Positions 22,326-32,395 of a stretch of DNA of 64,000 nt are shown here, piece by piece. Made by a program: the position numbers and the translations under genes. Origin of the DNA: Flavobacteriaceae bacterium. GTDB lineage: Bacteria > Bacteroidota > Bacteroidia > Flavobacteriales > Flavobacteriaceae. The stretch's first letter is position 1, and every line of letters starts with the position of its first letter. The DNA is taken from the NCBI GenBank assembly GCA_009693635.1, contig SHWW01000001.1, forward strand, positions 2,549 through 66,548, read 5' to 3'. Under the pieces are notes generated by a model. That model made no database searches. It was not told the origin of the DNA and saw nothing but the letters and a program-made list of their open reading frames with translations.

Positions 22326-23351
22326 TTATAAAATCAATTTTTCTAATGTTTCCATTACATAATTATGCATTACTTCGCGATAATCCAAATGCGTTACCAT
22401 TCGTAATTTCCCATGCCCCATAGAAATTATTGAGATTCCTTTTTGCTTAAATTTCTCCAACAAATCGAATTCATTTATTAAGGGTTGGACTTCGAAAATT
22501 ACAATATTGGTTTCGATTGGTTCTAGTTTGGAAACCCAATTCAGTTTTTCTAAAATAGCACCTAATTCCCTGGCGCGTCGGTGATCTTCTGTTAATCTTT
22601 CGAGATTACTGTCCAAAGCATATATACCGGCTGCAGCCAAATAACCGGCTTGTCTCATCCCACCACCAAGTATCTTTCTGATTCTAAGCGCTCTGTGTAT
22701 CGTAGCCTTATCGGATAGTAGGAGTGAGCCGATTGGTGCTCCCAACCCTTTTGACAAGCAAACAGAAATGGTGTGAAATACTTTTCCGTAGTCTTTCGGA
22801 TTGTCATTGGTAGCAACCAAGGCATTCCAAATACGCGCTCCGTCCAAGTGAAATTTCAAGTTGTTGGCATCGCAAACTTGGCGTATTTTTCTGAATTCTT
22901 CAAAATCGTAACAAGCTCCTCCCCCTTTATTTGTAGTGTTTTCAACACATACCAAACTCGTTAGCGGACTGTGATAAAACTCGGGATTGTTTATTGCTCC
23001 TGCAACTTGTTCCGCAGTAATCAATCCTCGATTTCCATCTAACAAACAGCAAGAAACACCACTGTTAAAGGATGCACCACCCCCTTCGTAATTGTAAACG
23101 TGTGCCCATTTATCGGCAATTAACTGATCGCCTGGCTGTGTATGCAGTTTAATTGCCGTTTGATTTGCCATGGTTCCAGACGGAAAAAATAATGCCGCTT
23201 CCATTCCAAACATTTCAGCCACTTTAGCTTCCAATTTGATAACTGTAGGGTCTTGCTTGAATACGTCATCTCCAACTTCGGCTTGAAACATGGCACGCAA
23301 CATTTCTTGCGAAGGTTTTGTGACTGTATCACTAATTAAATTAATTTCCAT
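22326..23351 (-). CDS. ltaE: Low-specificity L-threonine aldolase
   Basis: SDTVTKP, PSGTMANQ, HLDGARIWN, CLSKGLGAP, GGGMRQAG. Confidence 0.94.
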   Translation of the reverse strand: MEINLISDTVTKPSQEMLRAMFQAEVGDDVFKQDPTVIKLEAKVAEMFGMEAALFFPSGTMANQTAIKLHTQPGDQLIADKWAHVYNYEGGGASFNSGVSCCLLDGNRGLITAEQVAGAINNPEFYHSPLTSLVCVENTTNKGGGACYDFEEFRKIRQVCDANNLKFHLDGARIWNALVATNDNPKDYGKVFHTISVCLSKGLGAPIGSLLLSDKATIHRALRIRKILGGGMRQAGYLAAAGIYALDSNLERLTEDHRRARELGAILEKLNWVSKLEPIETNIVIFEVQPLINEFDLLEKFKQKGISIISMGHGKLRMVTHLDYREVMHNYVMETLEKLIL

Positions 23352-23439
23352 ATTGATTTTATATTAAAGATACTGACAAATTAGGACTTGTCTCTTCGTA
23401 AAAATTTCTTATTTTTGCTTTACAAAATTAATATAATTT

Positions 23440-24538
23440 ATGACAACTACCGAACAAATTAAAGGTATTGTAGAGCGACTTGGTGCGTTGAGGAGGTATC
23501 TTTGACGTTGATGCCAAATTAATTGAAATTGCAAACGAGGAAGAAAAGACCGTAGCCCCTGATTTTTGGAATAATCCGAAGGAAGCAGAACTGTACATTA
23601 AGACACTTCGTTCCAAAAAAAAATGGGTAGAAGATTACGATAAAGCCTTCGAAATGGCAGAAGAATTGCAATTGGCTTACGAATTTTATAAAGAAGGAGA
23701 ACTCAGCTCCGATGAATTGGACGAACAATTTCTAGTAACCAATTCGTATATTGAAGCCATCGAATTCAAAAATATGCTTTCTGAGGAAGGGGATTTTTTG
23801 AGCGCCGTACTTCAAATTACAGCCGGTGCTGGAGGTACTGAAAGTTGTGATTGGGCAGAAATGCTAATGCGCATGTATATGATGTGGGGTGAAAAATACG
23901 GTTTCAAAATCAAGGAATTAAACTTTCAAAAAGGCGAATCTGCGGGAATAAAAACTGTGACACTTGAGTTTGAAGGTGATTATTCTTTTGGATATTTAAA
24001 AGGGGAAAATGGCGTGCATCGATTAGTTCGAATTTCACCATTTGACAGTAATGCCAAGCGACATACTTCGTTTGCCTCTGTATATGTGTATCCGCTTGTT
24101 GATGATAGTATTGAAATAGATATTAATCCTGCTGACATTGAAATTACTACTTCTCGTTCTAGTGGAGCTGGTGGACAAAATGTAAATAAGGTTGAAACCA
24201 AAGTACAATTGTTTCATAAGCCAACAGGAATTCAAATTCAATGTTCAGAAACGCGCTCACAACAAGATAACAGACAACGAGCTATGCAAATGTTACGATC
24301 ACAATTATATGAAATTGAGCTAAAAAAGAAGCAGGCACATCGCGCCGATATCGAAGCCGGGAAAATGAAAATAGAATGGGGTTCACAAATTCGAAATTAT
24401 GTGATGCAACCTTATAAGTTAGTCAAAGATGTTCGTACCGGTTATGAAACTAGCGATATTGATAGTGTGATGAATGGCGAAATAGATCCGTTTTTGAAAG
24501 CTTTTTTAATGATGATGGGACAGAAAGAAGAGAAATAA
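23440..24538 (+). CDS. prfB: Peptide chain release factor 2 (programmed +1 frameshift, ~365 aa)
   Basis: 21-codon [24 protein letters not shown] ends at CTT TGA C; +1 frame from 23504 runs into the track ORF 23654..24538 with SPF and GGQ motifs. Confidence 0.97.
23491..23506 (+). promoter_or_regulatory. RF2 frameshift cassette
   Basis: AGGAGG-TAT-CTTTGAC, the canonical internal SD, 3-nt spacer and slippery stop. Confidence 0.95.
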
Positions 24539-24587
24539 ACTTCTAAAATTTTTGACTTTAATCTTTATAAATTAGTTAAATCAGTGG

Positions 24588-24616
24588 AAAAGTTTAAATT
24601 TAAAATTTAAACTTTT
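24588..24616. repeat. AT-rich palindrome downstream of prfB, possible terminator
   Basis: AAAAGTTTAAATTT-A-AAATTTAAACTTTT, 14-bp arms. Confidence 0.45.
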
Positions 24617-24682
24617 ATTGACTTGCAAATGTTAGCCAAAATGACGTATTTTGATATTAAATCCAAACCCAAACTAATATAA

Positions 24683-25678
24683 ATGATCTACACACTCGAA
24701 CAAATAAATGAAATACTAAAAGGGGAAATCGTTGGCGAAACTTCGCAATCAATAAAAGCACCTGAGCAATTAGAACGAGCAAGTACCTCCGAAATATCTT
24801 TTATTGGACATAAAAAATACGAGAAACTTTGGTTAACTTCAAAAGCTTGCGCGGCTGTGGTAAACCAAGATATTTCCATAGAACCCGGCGAAAACAGAGC
24901 TTTCATTAAAGTAAAAAATGCTGATATAGCAATGTCTCAAGTATTGGAATTGTTTGCACCTCCTAAACCATTATTTGCAATAGACATTCATCCTTCTGCA
25001 ACAGTAGATTCTTCTGTAACTATTGGTTCTGGAACTCAAATTGGCGCTGGAAGTTATATCGGCCCAAATGTAGTCCTTGGAGAAAATGTTACAATTTACC
25101 CAAATGTTACTATTCTTGACGAATGCACCATTGGGAAAAACACAGTAATTTGGCCTGGCGCAGTAGTTCGGGAACGTTGTCATTTAGGAACGGATTGTAT
25201 TATTCACCCCAACGCTACTATTGGAGCAGATGGTTTTGGATTCCGTCCTTGCAATGAAAGAGGCTTAGTTAAAATTCCACAAATCGGGAATGTAATCATC
25301 GGAAATTGGGTTGAGATTGGCGCTAACACTTGCGTGGATAGAGGAAAATTTAGTTCAACCGTTTTGGGTGATGGTTGCAAAATTGATAATTTAGTACAAA
25401 TTGGTCACAATAGTATCTTAGGGAAATTCTGTGTTATGGCAGGAAACTCAGGATTAGCAGGTTCGGTAACTTTAGGAAATGGAGTAATCATTGGCGGAAG
25501 TGCTTCTATAAAAGACCATACGTACATTGGTGACGGAGCTATTGTTGGAGCTGGTTCTGGTGTAACGGGAAATATTGAAGCAGGGAAAACAATGTTGGGT
25601 TATCCTGCAGTTGAAGCACGAGATGCATTAAAACAATGGGCAATTTTGAAACGACTAGTTAGAGATTCTGGAAAATAA
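24683..25678 (+). CDS. lpxD: UDP-3-O-acyl-glucosamine N-acyltransferase (LpxD family, stand-alone copy)
   Basis: Hexapeptide repeats, IGADGFGF, IGANTCVDRG, KIDNLVQIGHN. Confidence 0.88.
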   Translation: MIYTLEQINEILKGEIVGETSQSIKAPEQLERASTSEISFIGHKKYEKLWLTSKACAAVVNQDISIEPGENRAFIKVKNADIAMSQVLELFAPPKPLFAIDIHPSATVDSSVTIGSGTQIGAGSYIGPNVVLGENVTIYPNVTILDECTIGKNTVIWPGAVVRERCHLGTDCIIHPNATIGADGFGFRPCNERGLVKIPQIGNVIIGNWVEIGANTCVDRGKFSSTVLGDGCKIDNLVQIGHNSILGKFCVMAGNSGLAGSVTLGNGVIIGGSASIKDHTYIGDGAIVGAGSGVTGNIEAGKTMLGYPAVEARDALKQWAILKRLVRDSGK

Positions 25679-25694
25679 TTTATTTTAATTAATA

Positions 25695-26210
25695 CTATAA
25701 ATACATTTCGGTAAATACTTTTTGATGGTGTTTTTGATGTCCAATGATTATAAAACCAATTGCTCGTACTGAGACTTCATTATTTGAAGCAATCCCAATT
25801 TTAGTAAGCTGTTCTTGAGAAAAACTATTAAAAAGAGATAATGTCGCTTGTCGAACAACTGCCAATTCAGTTAATAAATTTTGCAAATTTCTATCATTCC
25901 CATTTGAATTAGACACATAATCATTTTCATTAAAACCAGGTAAATGAGTTTTATCATTCCTCGAAATTCGTAGCGCTCGGTAACTAAAAACACGTTCCGA
26001 ATCAATCAAATGCTGAATAATTTCCTTGATTGTCCACTTCCCTACTTCATACCGATAATCGAATTTATCCATTGGAATATTTTGAACAAATTTGATAAAT
26101 TCGTGTAAGCAAATTTCTAATTCTTCAATTAATTCAACATTTTCAAGGACTTGAATGTACGATTTATAAAAATCATCGTATTCATTTATTGGCAATTGAT
26201 TTGATTTCAT
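25695..26210 (-). CDS. DinB family protein
   Basis: GKWTIKEIIQHLIDSE and GHQKHH His motifs. Confidence 0.85.
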   Translation of the reverse strand: MKSNQLPINEYDDFYKSYIQVLENVELIEELEICLHEFIKFVQNIPMDKFDYRYEVGKWTIKEIIQHLIDSERVFSYRALRISRNDKTHLPGFNENDYVSNSNGNDRNLQNLLTELAVVRQATLSLFNSFSQEQLTKIGIASNNEVSVRAIGFIIIGHQKHHQKVFTEMYL

Positions 26211-26219
26211 ATTTGTTTT

Positions 26220-28805
26220 TTAAGCTGAATTTCTACTTGCATTTGTATTTCCAAAAAGCGAACGCATTACAATTTTTTCATAAACTTTGATGAGCGATTC
26301 GTCTGGATTTTTGCTCTTATTTTGCTCGTGAATTTTTGAAAGTGCATATTGTTGAATCGTTAACAAAGGTTTTACAATTGCTTCCCTTGTTTCAATTGAC
26401 GCTTTACCGTCAGGATAATTTTCCATCAGTTCTTTATGCCCAGCAATTTTCAATAATAAGCGTTTGGTTTCGACGAATTCATCATAAATAATTTGCCAAA
26501 AGGCACCAAATTCAGAATCTTCTTTCATATAAGCTGTCAATGGAAAAAAGGATTTCGCTAATGCCATCATACTATTTTCTAAAAGAGTTCTAAAAAACAA
26601 CGAACTGTGGTACAAATTCTCAATTTCATCCCATTTATTATTATCTTCAAAATGTTTTAAAGCAGAACCAACCCCAAAGAAACCAGGAACATTTTGTTTC
26701 AATTGACTCCAAGAACCTACGAATGGAATTGCACGCAAGTCAGCAAAATCTAGCTTTTCAGACTTTCCTCTTTTTGAAGGACGACTTCCAATATTGGTTT
26801 TGGCATAATAATTCAACGTGCTCATTTGTTCTAAATAAGGAATAAATTTCGGATGATTTTTAAAATCTATGTATTTATTAAAACCTATTTCCGCTAATTC
26901 ATCTAACATATTTTTTTCGGAAGAAGTCAATAAATTTGAGCCATCATCAAAAATTTTATTGGTAACACCTGCACTCAAAAGGTTTTCTAAATTATACCGA
27001 CAAGAATCTAATGTTCCAAAATTTGAACTAATAGTTTGTCCCTGAACTGTGATTTGAATTTGTTCATTTTCAATATTGGAACCTAAAGAAGCATAGAATT
27101 TATGTGTTTTTCCACCTCCACGAGCTGGTGGCCCACCCCTACCGTCAAAAAAAATTACTTTAATTCCATGTTTTCTTGATATCGTCGTAATATTTTCCTT
27201 TGCTTTATAAATGCTCCAATTTGCCATTAAATAGCCCCCATCTTTGGTTCCATCAGAAAAGCCCAACATTACTGTTTGTTTGTTTCCTCGACTTTTTATA
27301 TGTCTTAAATAAGTTTCATTGGTATATAACTGCTCCATCACAAGATGCGCCTTTTGCAAATCATCAATAACTTCAAAAAGCGGAATAATATCAACTGTTG
27401 GCTGTTCCCAGTTACACAAACGGAACAAAGCGAATGTTTCCATAACCTGAATTGCACTTTCACAATTGCTTATAATATATCGATTGCTTCCAAATTCTCC
27501 ATTTTTTTCTTGAATAGATTTCATCGCATAAATAGAAGCCAATGTAGATTTAGTCATTTCATCTTGATAATCGTCAGGATGTAATTCATTTCTTAATTGA
27601 GAAACGATTGCTAACTTCTCGGTTTCATCAGAAGAATAATATAATTTTTCGCTTGGTAAATAACTCTTTTGAATAGCATTTTCTAAAATATTTTTGATAA
27701 CACCGTTGTGAATTTTACTATTTTGACGAATATCTAAAGAGGCAAAATGAAACCCAAAATGATTTACTTTATTCAATAGCGAATTTAAATCATCTAAATA
27801 AAGCGATTGGTGTTGGTCGATTACAATCGTTTTAATTTGTTGTAATTTAGCTCTGAATTCCTCTAAAGTGATGTAAATTTCCCCTTGAGAATAAAAAACA
27901 GATCGATAAATTTTAAATTCAAGTTCCGCTATCAAAGTATCTACATTTGAGAATGTTAACTTTCTTTTTAATTTTCTTATATCAATATAATAACACTTCA
28001 AAATAGATGTGCGAAGTCGCTCAGCTACATTGATTGAAATTGGCGTTGTTACAAATGGATTTCCATCTCTATCACCCCCAGGCCAAAACCCTAAATTAAA
28101 GATTGGATTGTTAATTTCATTGTCTTGAAAAATATTCTTTTGCAAATACAACATCATTTCGCCAATTGTTTCATAGAAAACATTTTCCAAATACCAAATC
28201 AAACTTACTGCTTCATCAAATGGAGTTGGTTTTTCTGATTTTATAAAAGGTGTTTTCCCTAATTGCGATAGCAATTGTTTGATTTTAAGTAAATCATCAT
28301 CACGAATTGCATCCGTTAAATCAGTAATAATTCCTAAAACTGTTCCTGGGTAAAATTGCGTTGGATGTGCCGTTAAAACCGGTCTTACATTGAAATTACC
28401 CAAAAAAACTTTTAGTTCATTGGTCTTTTCTTTTTCTTCCGCCATTTCTTTAATATCTCGCAATGAACCTCTTCCTTCCAAGTTATTTACAACCGGAAAC
28501 GCAGCGTCTTCAATCGCATCGAAAAGTACAATTTGCCTTTCAATATATTGAATAAAACGAAACATCAAATCTATTCGGTCTAATTCAGGGCCGTTATCCA
28601 TATATTTAGTTGCAAAAAAATCTACAATCTGAATTGGCGTTTCTTGATTTTTAAATCCTTTTTCACAAACTTCTGTAAATAAAGGCAACATAACACCCGT
28701 ATTATCAATAGCATCAAAAGGAAGCGTCAGAAAGAGACTATTGTAAACTTGGTATTTTGAGAGAACATTCTGGTTGAATCGTTCAATTTTAGGAAGCGTG
28801 TACAT
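26220..28805 (-). CDS. ppc: Phosphoenolpyruvate carboxylase
   Basis: LTAHPT, GGDRDGNP, MLGFSDGTKDGG, LRAIPF, C-terminal RNSA; likely start MYTLPK at 28805. Confidence 0.96.
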   Translation of the reverse strand: MYTLPKIERFNQNVLSKYQVYNSLFLTLPFDAIDNTGVMLPLFTEVCEKGFKNQETPIQIVDFFATKYMDNGPELDRIDLMFRFIQYIERQIVLFDAIEDAAFPVVNNLEGRGSLRDIKEMAEEKEKTNELKVFLGNFNVRPVLTAHPTQFYPGTVLGIITDLTDAIRDDDLLKIKQLLSQLGKTPFIKSEKPTPFDEAVSLIWYLENVFYETIGEMMLYLQKNIFQDNEINNPIFNLGFWPGGDRDGNPFVTTPISINVAERLRTSILKCYYIDIRKLKRKLTFSNVDTLIAELEFKIYRSVFYSQGEIYITLEEFRAKLQQIKTIVIDQHQSLYLDDLNSLLNKVNHFGFHFASLDIRQNSKIHNGVIKNILENAIQKSYLPSEKLYYSSDETEKLAIVSQLRNELHPDDYQDEMTKSTLASIYAMKSIQEKNGEFGSNRYIISNCESAIQVMETFALFRLCNWEQPTVDIIPLFEVIDDLQKAHLVMEQLYTNETYLRHIKSRGNKQTVMLGFSDGTKDGGYLMANWSIYKAKENITTISRKHGIKVIFFDGRGGPPARGGGKTHKFYASLGSNIENEQIQITVQGQTISSNFGTLDSCRYNLENLLSAGVTNKIFDDGSNLLTSSEKNMLDELAEIGFNKYIDFKNHPKFIPYLEQMSTLNYYAKTNIGSRPSKRGKSEKLDFADLRAIPFVGSWSQLKQNVPGFFGVGSALKHFEDNNKWDEIENLYHSSLFFRTLLENSMMALAKSFFPLTAYMKEDSEFGAFWQIIYDEFVETKRLLLKIAGHKELMENYPDGKASIETREAIVKPLLTIQQYALSKIHEQNKSKNPDESLIKVYEKIVMRSLFGNTNASRNSA

Positions 28806-28844
28806 TTTGGTAGTTGTGTTGTTGTTTGTCGAAAAATAAGTAAT

Positions 28845-28875
28845 AAAAAAGCCCCAAGAATTCACTTGAGGCTTT
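28845..28875 (-). terminator. Intrinsic terminator after the Lrp/AsnC gene
   Basis: Minus strand AAAGCCTCAAG-TGAATT-CTTGGGGCTTT followed by further T residues. Confidence 0.75.
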
Positions 28876-28898
28876 ATAAAATAAAAACTTTATAAACT

Positions 28899-29378
28899 CT
28901 ACAAGTTTTTGAAAATCGTATGCATTAAACGTTTTTTATCATTTAAGCTTTCGTCAAGAGAAATCATAGTTTCAGTTCTATAGACTCCTTCTATATCATC
29001 AACCATAAAAATCACATCCTTAGCGTGCTTAGTATCTTTAGCTCTAATTTTACAGAAAATATTGAATTTTCCAGTTGTTATGTGTGCAACTGTTACGAAA
29101 GGAATTTCATTAATACGCTCCAAAACAAATTTTGTTTGAGATGTATTATTAAGAAACACACCAACATAAGCAATGAAAGAATATCCTAATTTTTCATAAT
29201 CTAAGGTCAATGACGAGCCCATAATTATGCCTGCATCTTCCATTTTTTTCACTCTTACATGAACTGTACCTGCTGAAATCAATAATTTCTTTGCAATATC
29301 AGTAAATGGAACTCTTGTATTATCAATCAATATGTCTAAAATTTGATGATCGACTTCATCTAAACGGAACTTGCTCAT
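28899..29378 (-). CDS. Lrp/AsnC family transcriptional regulator
   Basis: LDEVDHQILDIL...IAKKLLISAGTVHVRVKKMEDAGII HTH plus C-terminal RAM domain. Confidence 0.93.
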   Translation of the reverse strand: MSKFRLDEVDHQILDILIDNTRVPFTDIAKKLLISAGTVHVRVKKMEDAGIIMGSSLTLDYEKLGYSFIAYVGVFLNNTSQTKFVLERINEIPFVTVAHITTGKFNIFCKIRAKDTKHAKDVIFMVDDIEGVYRTETMISLDESLNDKKRLMHTIFKNL

Positions 29379-29452
29379 AAGTAGGTTTTTTTAATGTACT
29401 TTAATTTATATTAATAACTATTTAATTTATTTTTACAAAAATATAAAAAAGA

Positions 29453-30610
29453 CTACATTTTAATCAATCCATTTATAATTTTAATGCTTTTTCCTAAATA
29501 AAAATCTGCTTTTTGACCAAATTTCGGAATATTTTGTTCTAAATTTTCGTACAAAGCTTCTTTCGCATCATACTCAAAATGTCCTGAAAAACCTTTTAAA
29601 TCCCCAATGTCAGTAATATAAGCATTGAATAAAAGCTGATTATCAAATAATTCTTCTTTATATTGAATTGCAAAACTCGTAATAAATTTATTATTATCAT
29701 AATTAATTTTGATATTTTTATAAATAAAATCATAAAAACAGATTTTATTATGAGAAATATTCAGGTATTCTTCAATTTTATTGATAACTATATCGTTTTC
29801 GTGAATATATTTTAAACCTGAAAGCAATGCTATAAAAATATATTTCCGTGTTACTTCCCTATCGTAATCATGATGAAAATGACCCGCTTCAATTAAAATC
29901 GTCGGAACATTCAAAGATTGGAATGTATCACCAACGCAATTTATATTAAACGAATCATCAAAACGCCCCACTTGATTCGGAATAAACTCTTGTAAAACAA
30001 CATTCATAGCAACAATCACTTCAATAGCTTTGGCTCTAACATCGTTAATTTCTCTTGCTTCATTATATGATGGAGCAAGAAAAGAAACAGTAGCGGGTTT
30101 TTGAATTTCATCACCAACACCAAAAATAGTACGCTGATCATGTAAATTATAACAATAATCTGGCTTAAAATATTCAAATGTTTGCCTCAATACTTCACTT
30201 TCAGGTTGAGAAAGCGCTTGAGAATCCCTATTTAAATCCACTTTATTGGCATTTTCTCTAGTATATAATAAAGCTCCGTCAGGATTAACCATTGGTAAAC
30301 AACAAAAAGTAAATTCCAATAAAAATTTGTTAGCCGATTCAGAATCGCTATTCAAAAAATTTAAAAAATCAAAAAGTGCTTTTGTAGTAGTACTTTCATT
30401 TCCGTGCATTTGCGACCAAAGAAAAATTCGTTTTGAACCCGTTCCTAATTGGTATTTATAAATCGGTTTTCCAAGTACAGAATATCCAATAATTTGAACC
30501 TGATTATTAGTGTTAAACTTCATTAATAATGGTTCAATATCCCCCAAGGTAATGTAACGTCCAAATAAATTCGCATCTTTAAATTGACTGAATAATTTCT
30601 CGAAATTCAT
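29453..30610 (-). CDS. M14 family zinc carboxypeptidase-like protein
   Basis: MHGNE, VNPDG, RENANKVDLNRD, NLHDQ, ILIEAG. Confidence 0.88.
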   Translation of the reverse strand: MNFEKLFSQFKDANLFGRYITLGDIEPLLMKFNTNNQVQIIGYSVLGKPIYKYQLGTGSKRIFLWSQMHGNESTTTKALFDFLNFLNSDSESANKFLLEFTFCCLPMVNPDGALLYTRENANKVDLNRDSQALSQPESEVLRQTFEYFKPDYCYNLHDQRTIFGVGDEIQKPATVSFLAPSYNEAREINDVRAKAIEVIVAMNVVLQEFIPNQVGRFDDSFNINCVGDTFQSLNVPTILIEAGHFHHDYDREVTRKYIFIALLSGLKYIHENDIVINKIEEYLNISHNKICFYDFIYKNIKINYDNNKFITSFAIQYKEELFDNQLLFNAYITDIGDLKGFSGHFEYDAKEALYENLEQNIPKFGQKADFYLGKSIKIINGLIKM

Positions 30611-30625
30611 AGCTTTAAATTTGAT

Positions 30626-30929
30626 TTACAAAAGTAAACATCTTTACAATTACAATTGTAAACAAAGAAAAACAAAAGATTGTTTAATTATGTAAACGGT
30701 TTAAAGGGTTTGCTTACCTATCACATTACCCTTATAATTAACAAATGTTACTTATTTATTAATCAATAGTCAAGTATTTTAAAATCAGTATTTTAAAATA
30801 CTTGACTTCGTGTTAAAAAACAATACTAAATGTTAAATAAATACAATTTACATCTGTAATATTGCTTGTTTATTTATTTTTATTTACATTTGTAATATAC
30901 AACCGCTAAAAGATAATTTACAATGGTAA
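30626..30929. promoter_or_regulatory. Cluster of TTAC-N4-GTAA palindromic sites overlapping divergent promoters
   Basis: Sites at 30626, 30650, 30848, 30884 and 30918; variant TAAC-N4-GTTA at 30739. Confidence 0.65.
30768..30807. repeat. Perfect 18-bp inverted repeat
   Basis: AGTCAAGTATTTTAAAAT-CAGT-ATTTTAAAATACTTGACT. Confidence 0.85.
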
Positions 30930-31396
30930 ACACTGATGATTTCATTAAAAGACTTGAGTTACTATTGGATTATTTCAGCTTAAACGCTTCTAGTTTTGCC
31001 GATAAAATTGGCGTGCAGCGCTCCAGTTTGTCCCATTTACTTTCAGGAAGAAATAAGCCAAGTTTAGATTTTATATTGAAAATTTTAGACGTTTTCCCAG
31101 AGGTAGATTTGTATTGGATTTTAAATGGTAAAGGAAATTTTCCAAAAAATTCAGACGGAAATAAAACTGAAATTGTAATAGAAAAAACAATTTCTACTCC
31201 TACTCCAATTCAACAAAATCATACTGCGGAAAATTTATTTATCCCAACTGAAATTCCTATCGTCAAAAAAACTCTAGAACATAGTAAATCTGTTTTAAAT
31301 GAAAACACCACAATCTCGACAAATTCAAATGAAATTGACAAAATTGTGATATTCTATAAAAACGGAACTTTTAAAAATTATAAACCTTTCGAATAA
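30923..31396 (+). CDS. XRE/Cro-C1 family HTH transcriptional regulator
   Basis: ASSFADKIGVQRSSLSHLLSGRNKPSLDF HTH; low-complexity linker; C-terminal IDKIVIFYKNGTFK motif. Confidence 0.88.
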   Translation: MVNTDDFIKRLELLLDYFSLNASSFADKIGVQRSSLSHLLSGRNKPSLDFILKILDVFPEVDLYWILNGKGNFPKNSDGNKTEIVIEKTISTPTPIQQNHTAENLFIPTEIPIVKKTLEHSKSVLNENTTISTNSNEIDKIVIFYKNGTFKNYKPFE

Positions 31397-31951
31397 TTAT
31401 CTCACCTCAAAACTATATTCGGGTACTTTTCCTTTTGTATCTATAAAATGACCCGTAAGAATTTTTAAGTCGTCCTCAATAGCGCCTGTTGGATTAAACC
31501 GTTTACCAATACGGACTTCTTTTTTACCAAAATCAAAAGCTACTGGAATTATTGGAACATTTGCTTTCATTGCGATATAATAAAAGCCTGTTTTTAACTC
31601 TGAAACTTTCTTACGAGTTCCTTCTGGAGCAATTGCCAATCGAAATATATCCTTTTTTTTAAAAACCTCTGCAATTGCGTCTACTTTATTTAAACCGCCT
31701 TTTCTGTCTAACGGAGCGCCGCCCATATATCTAAAATACCAGCCGAATGGAAACCCAAACAATTCTTTTTTTCCAACCCAATTCATCTCAACCTCTGTGG
31801 TTCCACGCGTAAAAATTCCTAGATAGAAATCATGCCAACTCGTATGTGGAACAACCATCAAAACGCATTTGGGAATTTTTTTGTCAATTTCACCAACGAT
31901 TCTCCAACCCATTAATCGAAAAAAAATCCATTTATAAATTTGTTTTTTCAT
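31397..31951 (-). CDS. 1-acyl-sn-glycerol-3-phosphate acyltransferase (PlsC-like)
   Basis: PHTSWHD (HX4D) and APEGTR motifs. Confidence 0.88.
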   Translation of the reverse strand: MKKQIYKWIFFRLMGWRIVGEIDKKIPKCVLMVVPHTSWHDFYLGIFTRGTTEVEMNWVGKKELFGFPFGWYFRYMGGAPLDRKGGLNKVDAIAEVFKKKDIFRLAIAPEGTRKKVSELKTGFYYIAMKANVPIIPVAFDFGKKEVRIGKRFNPTGAIEDDLKILTGHFIDTKGKVPEYSFEVR

Positions 31952-32003
31952 TCTTAGTGATTTTGTGTAAAAGTAACATTAATCTATTATTTTTGAAAAA
32001 TAA

Positions 32004-32120
32004 AAGCTGAAAAAGATACTTAGTTTTTTGATGCCAATAAACATCTACAAGTAAAAATATGCTAAAAGTAATTCGATTGAAGTAACTTGTACAAATGGCA
32101 AATTTGTAAACTCCTATAAC
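32004..32120 (+). pseudogene. 5' remnant of a spermidine synthase-like methyltransferase gene
   Basis: (AAG)KLKKILSFLMPINIYK*KYAKSNSIEVTCTNGKFVNS resembles, from recall, the flavobacterial MLKKILSYLIPI...IEVTWxNGxLVLDS N-terminus; start codon lost, internal stop; TATTTTTG -7 element at 31988-31995. Confidence 0.5.
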
Positions 32121-32230
32121 AAGGTAGCTATATACTTTTCAATACAATGAATTAATTATTGTGAAAAATAATCAAAAGTCTGAATATCTTAATGTCGAGA
32201 TAAAAGATAATAAACGAAAATATATTAGAT

Positions 32231-32395
32231 TTAAAAAAAGAAAAAATAATCAATTGCAATTGAAATAAAAACCTGATCGGGAACTGCTTTTATCTTCCCT
32301 TCGCCTGAAACAGAAATTTTAGAAACAAGCTTTAATTCTTCTGCTTCAGAAGAAACCGAACAAAAGAAAATCATAATTAAAAATCCTTTTTTCAT
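32231..32395 (-). pseudogene. Truncated SIMPL (DUF541) domain gene
   Basis: MKKGFLIMIFFCSVSSEAEELKLVSKISVSGEGKIKAVPDQVFISIAI, then a stop after 54 aa; ISVSGEGKI-x-VPD is the SIMPL N-terminal signature. Confidence 0.7.
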
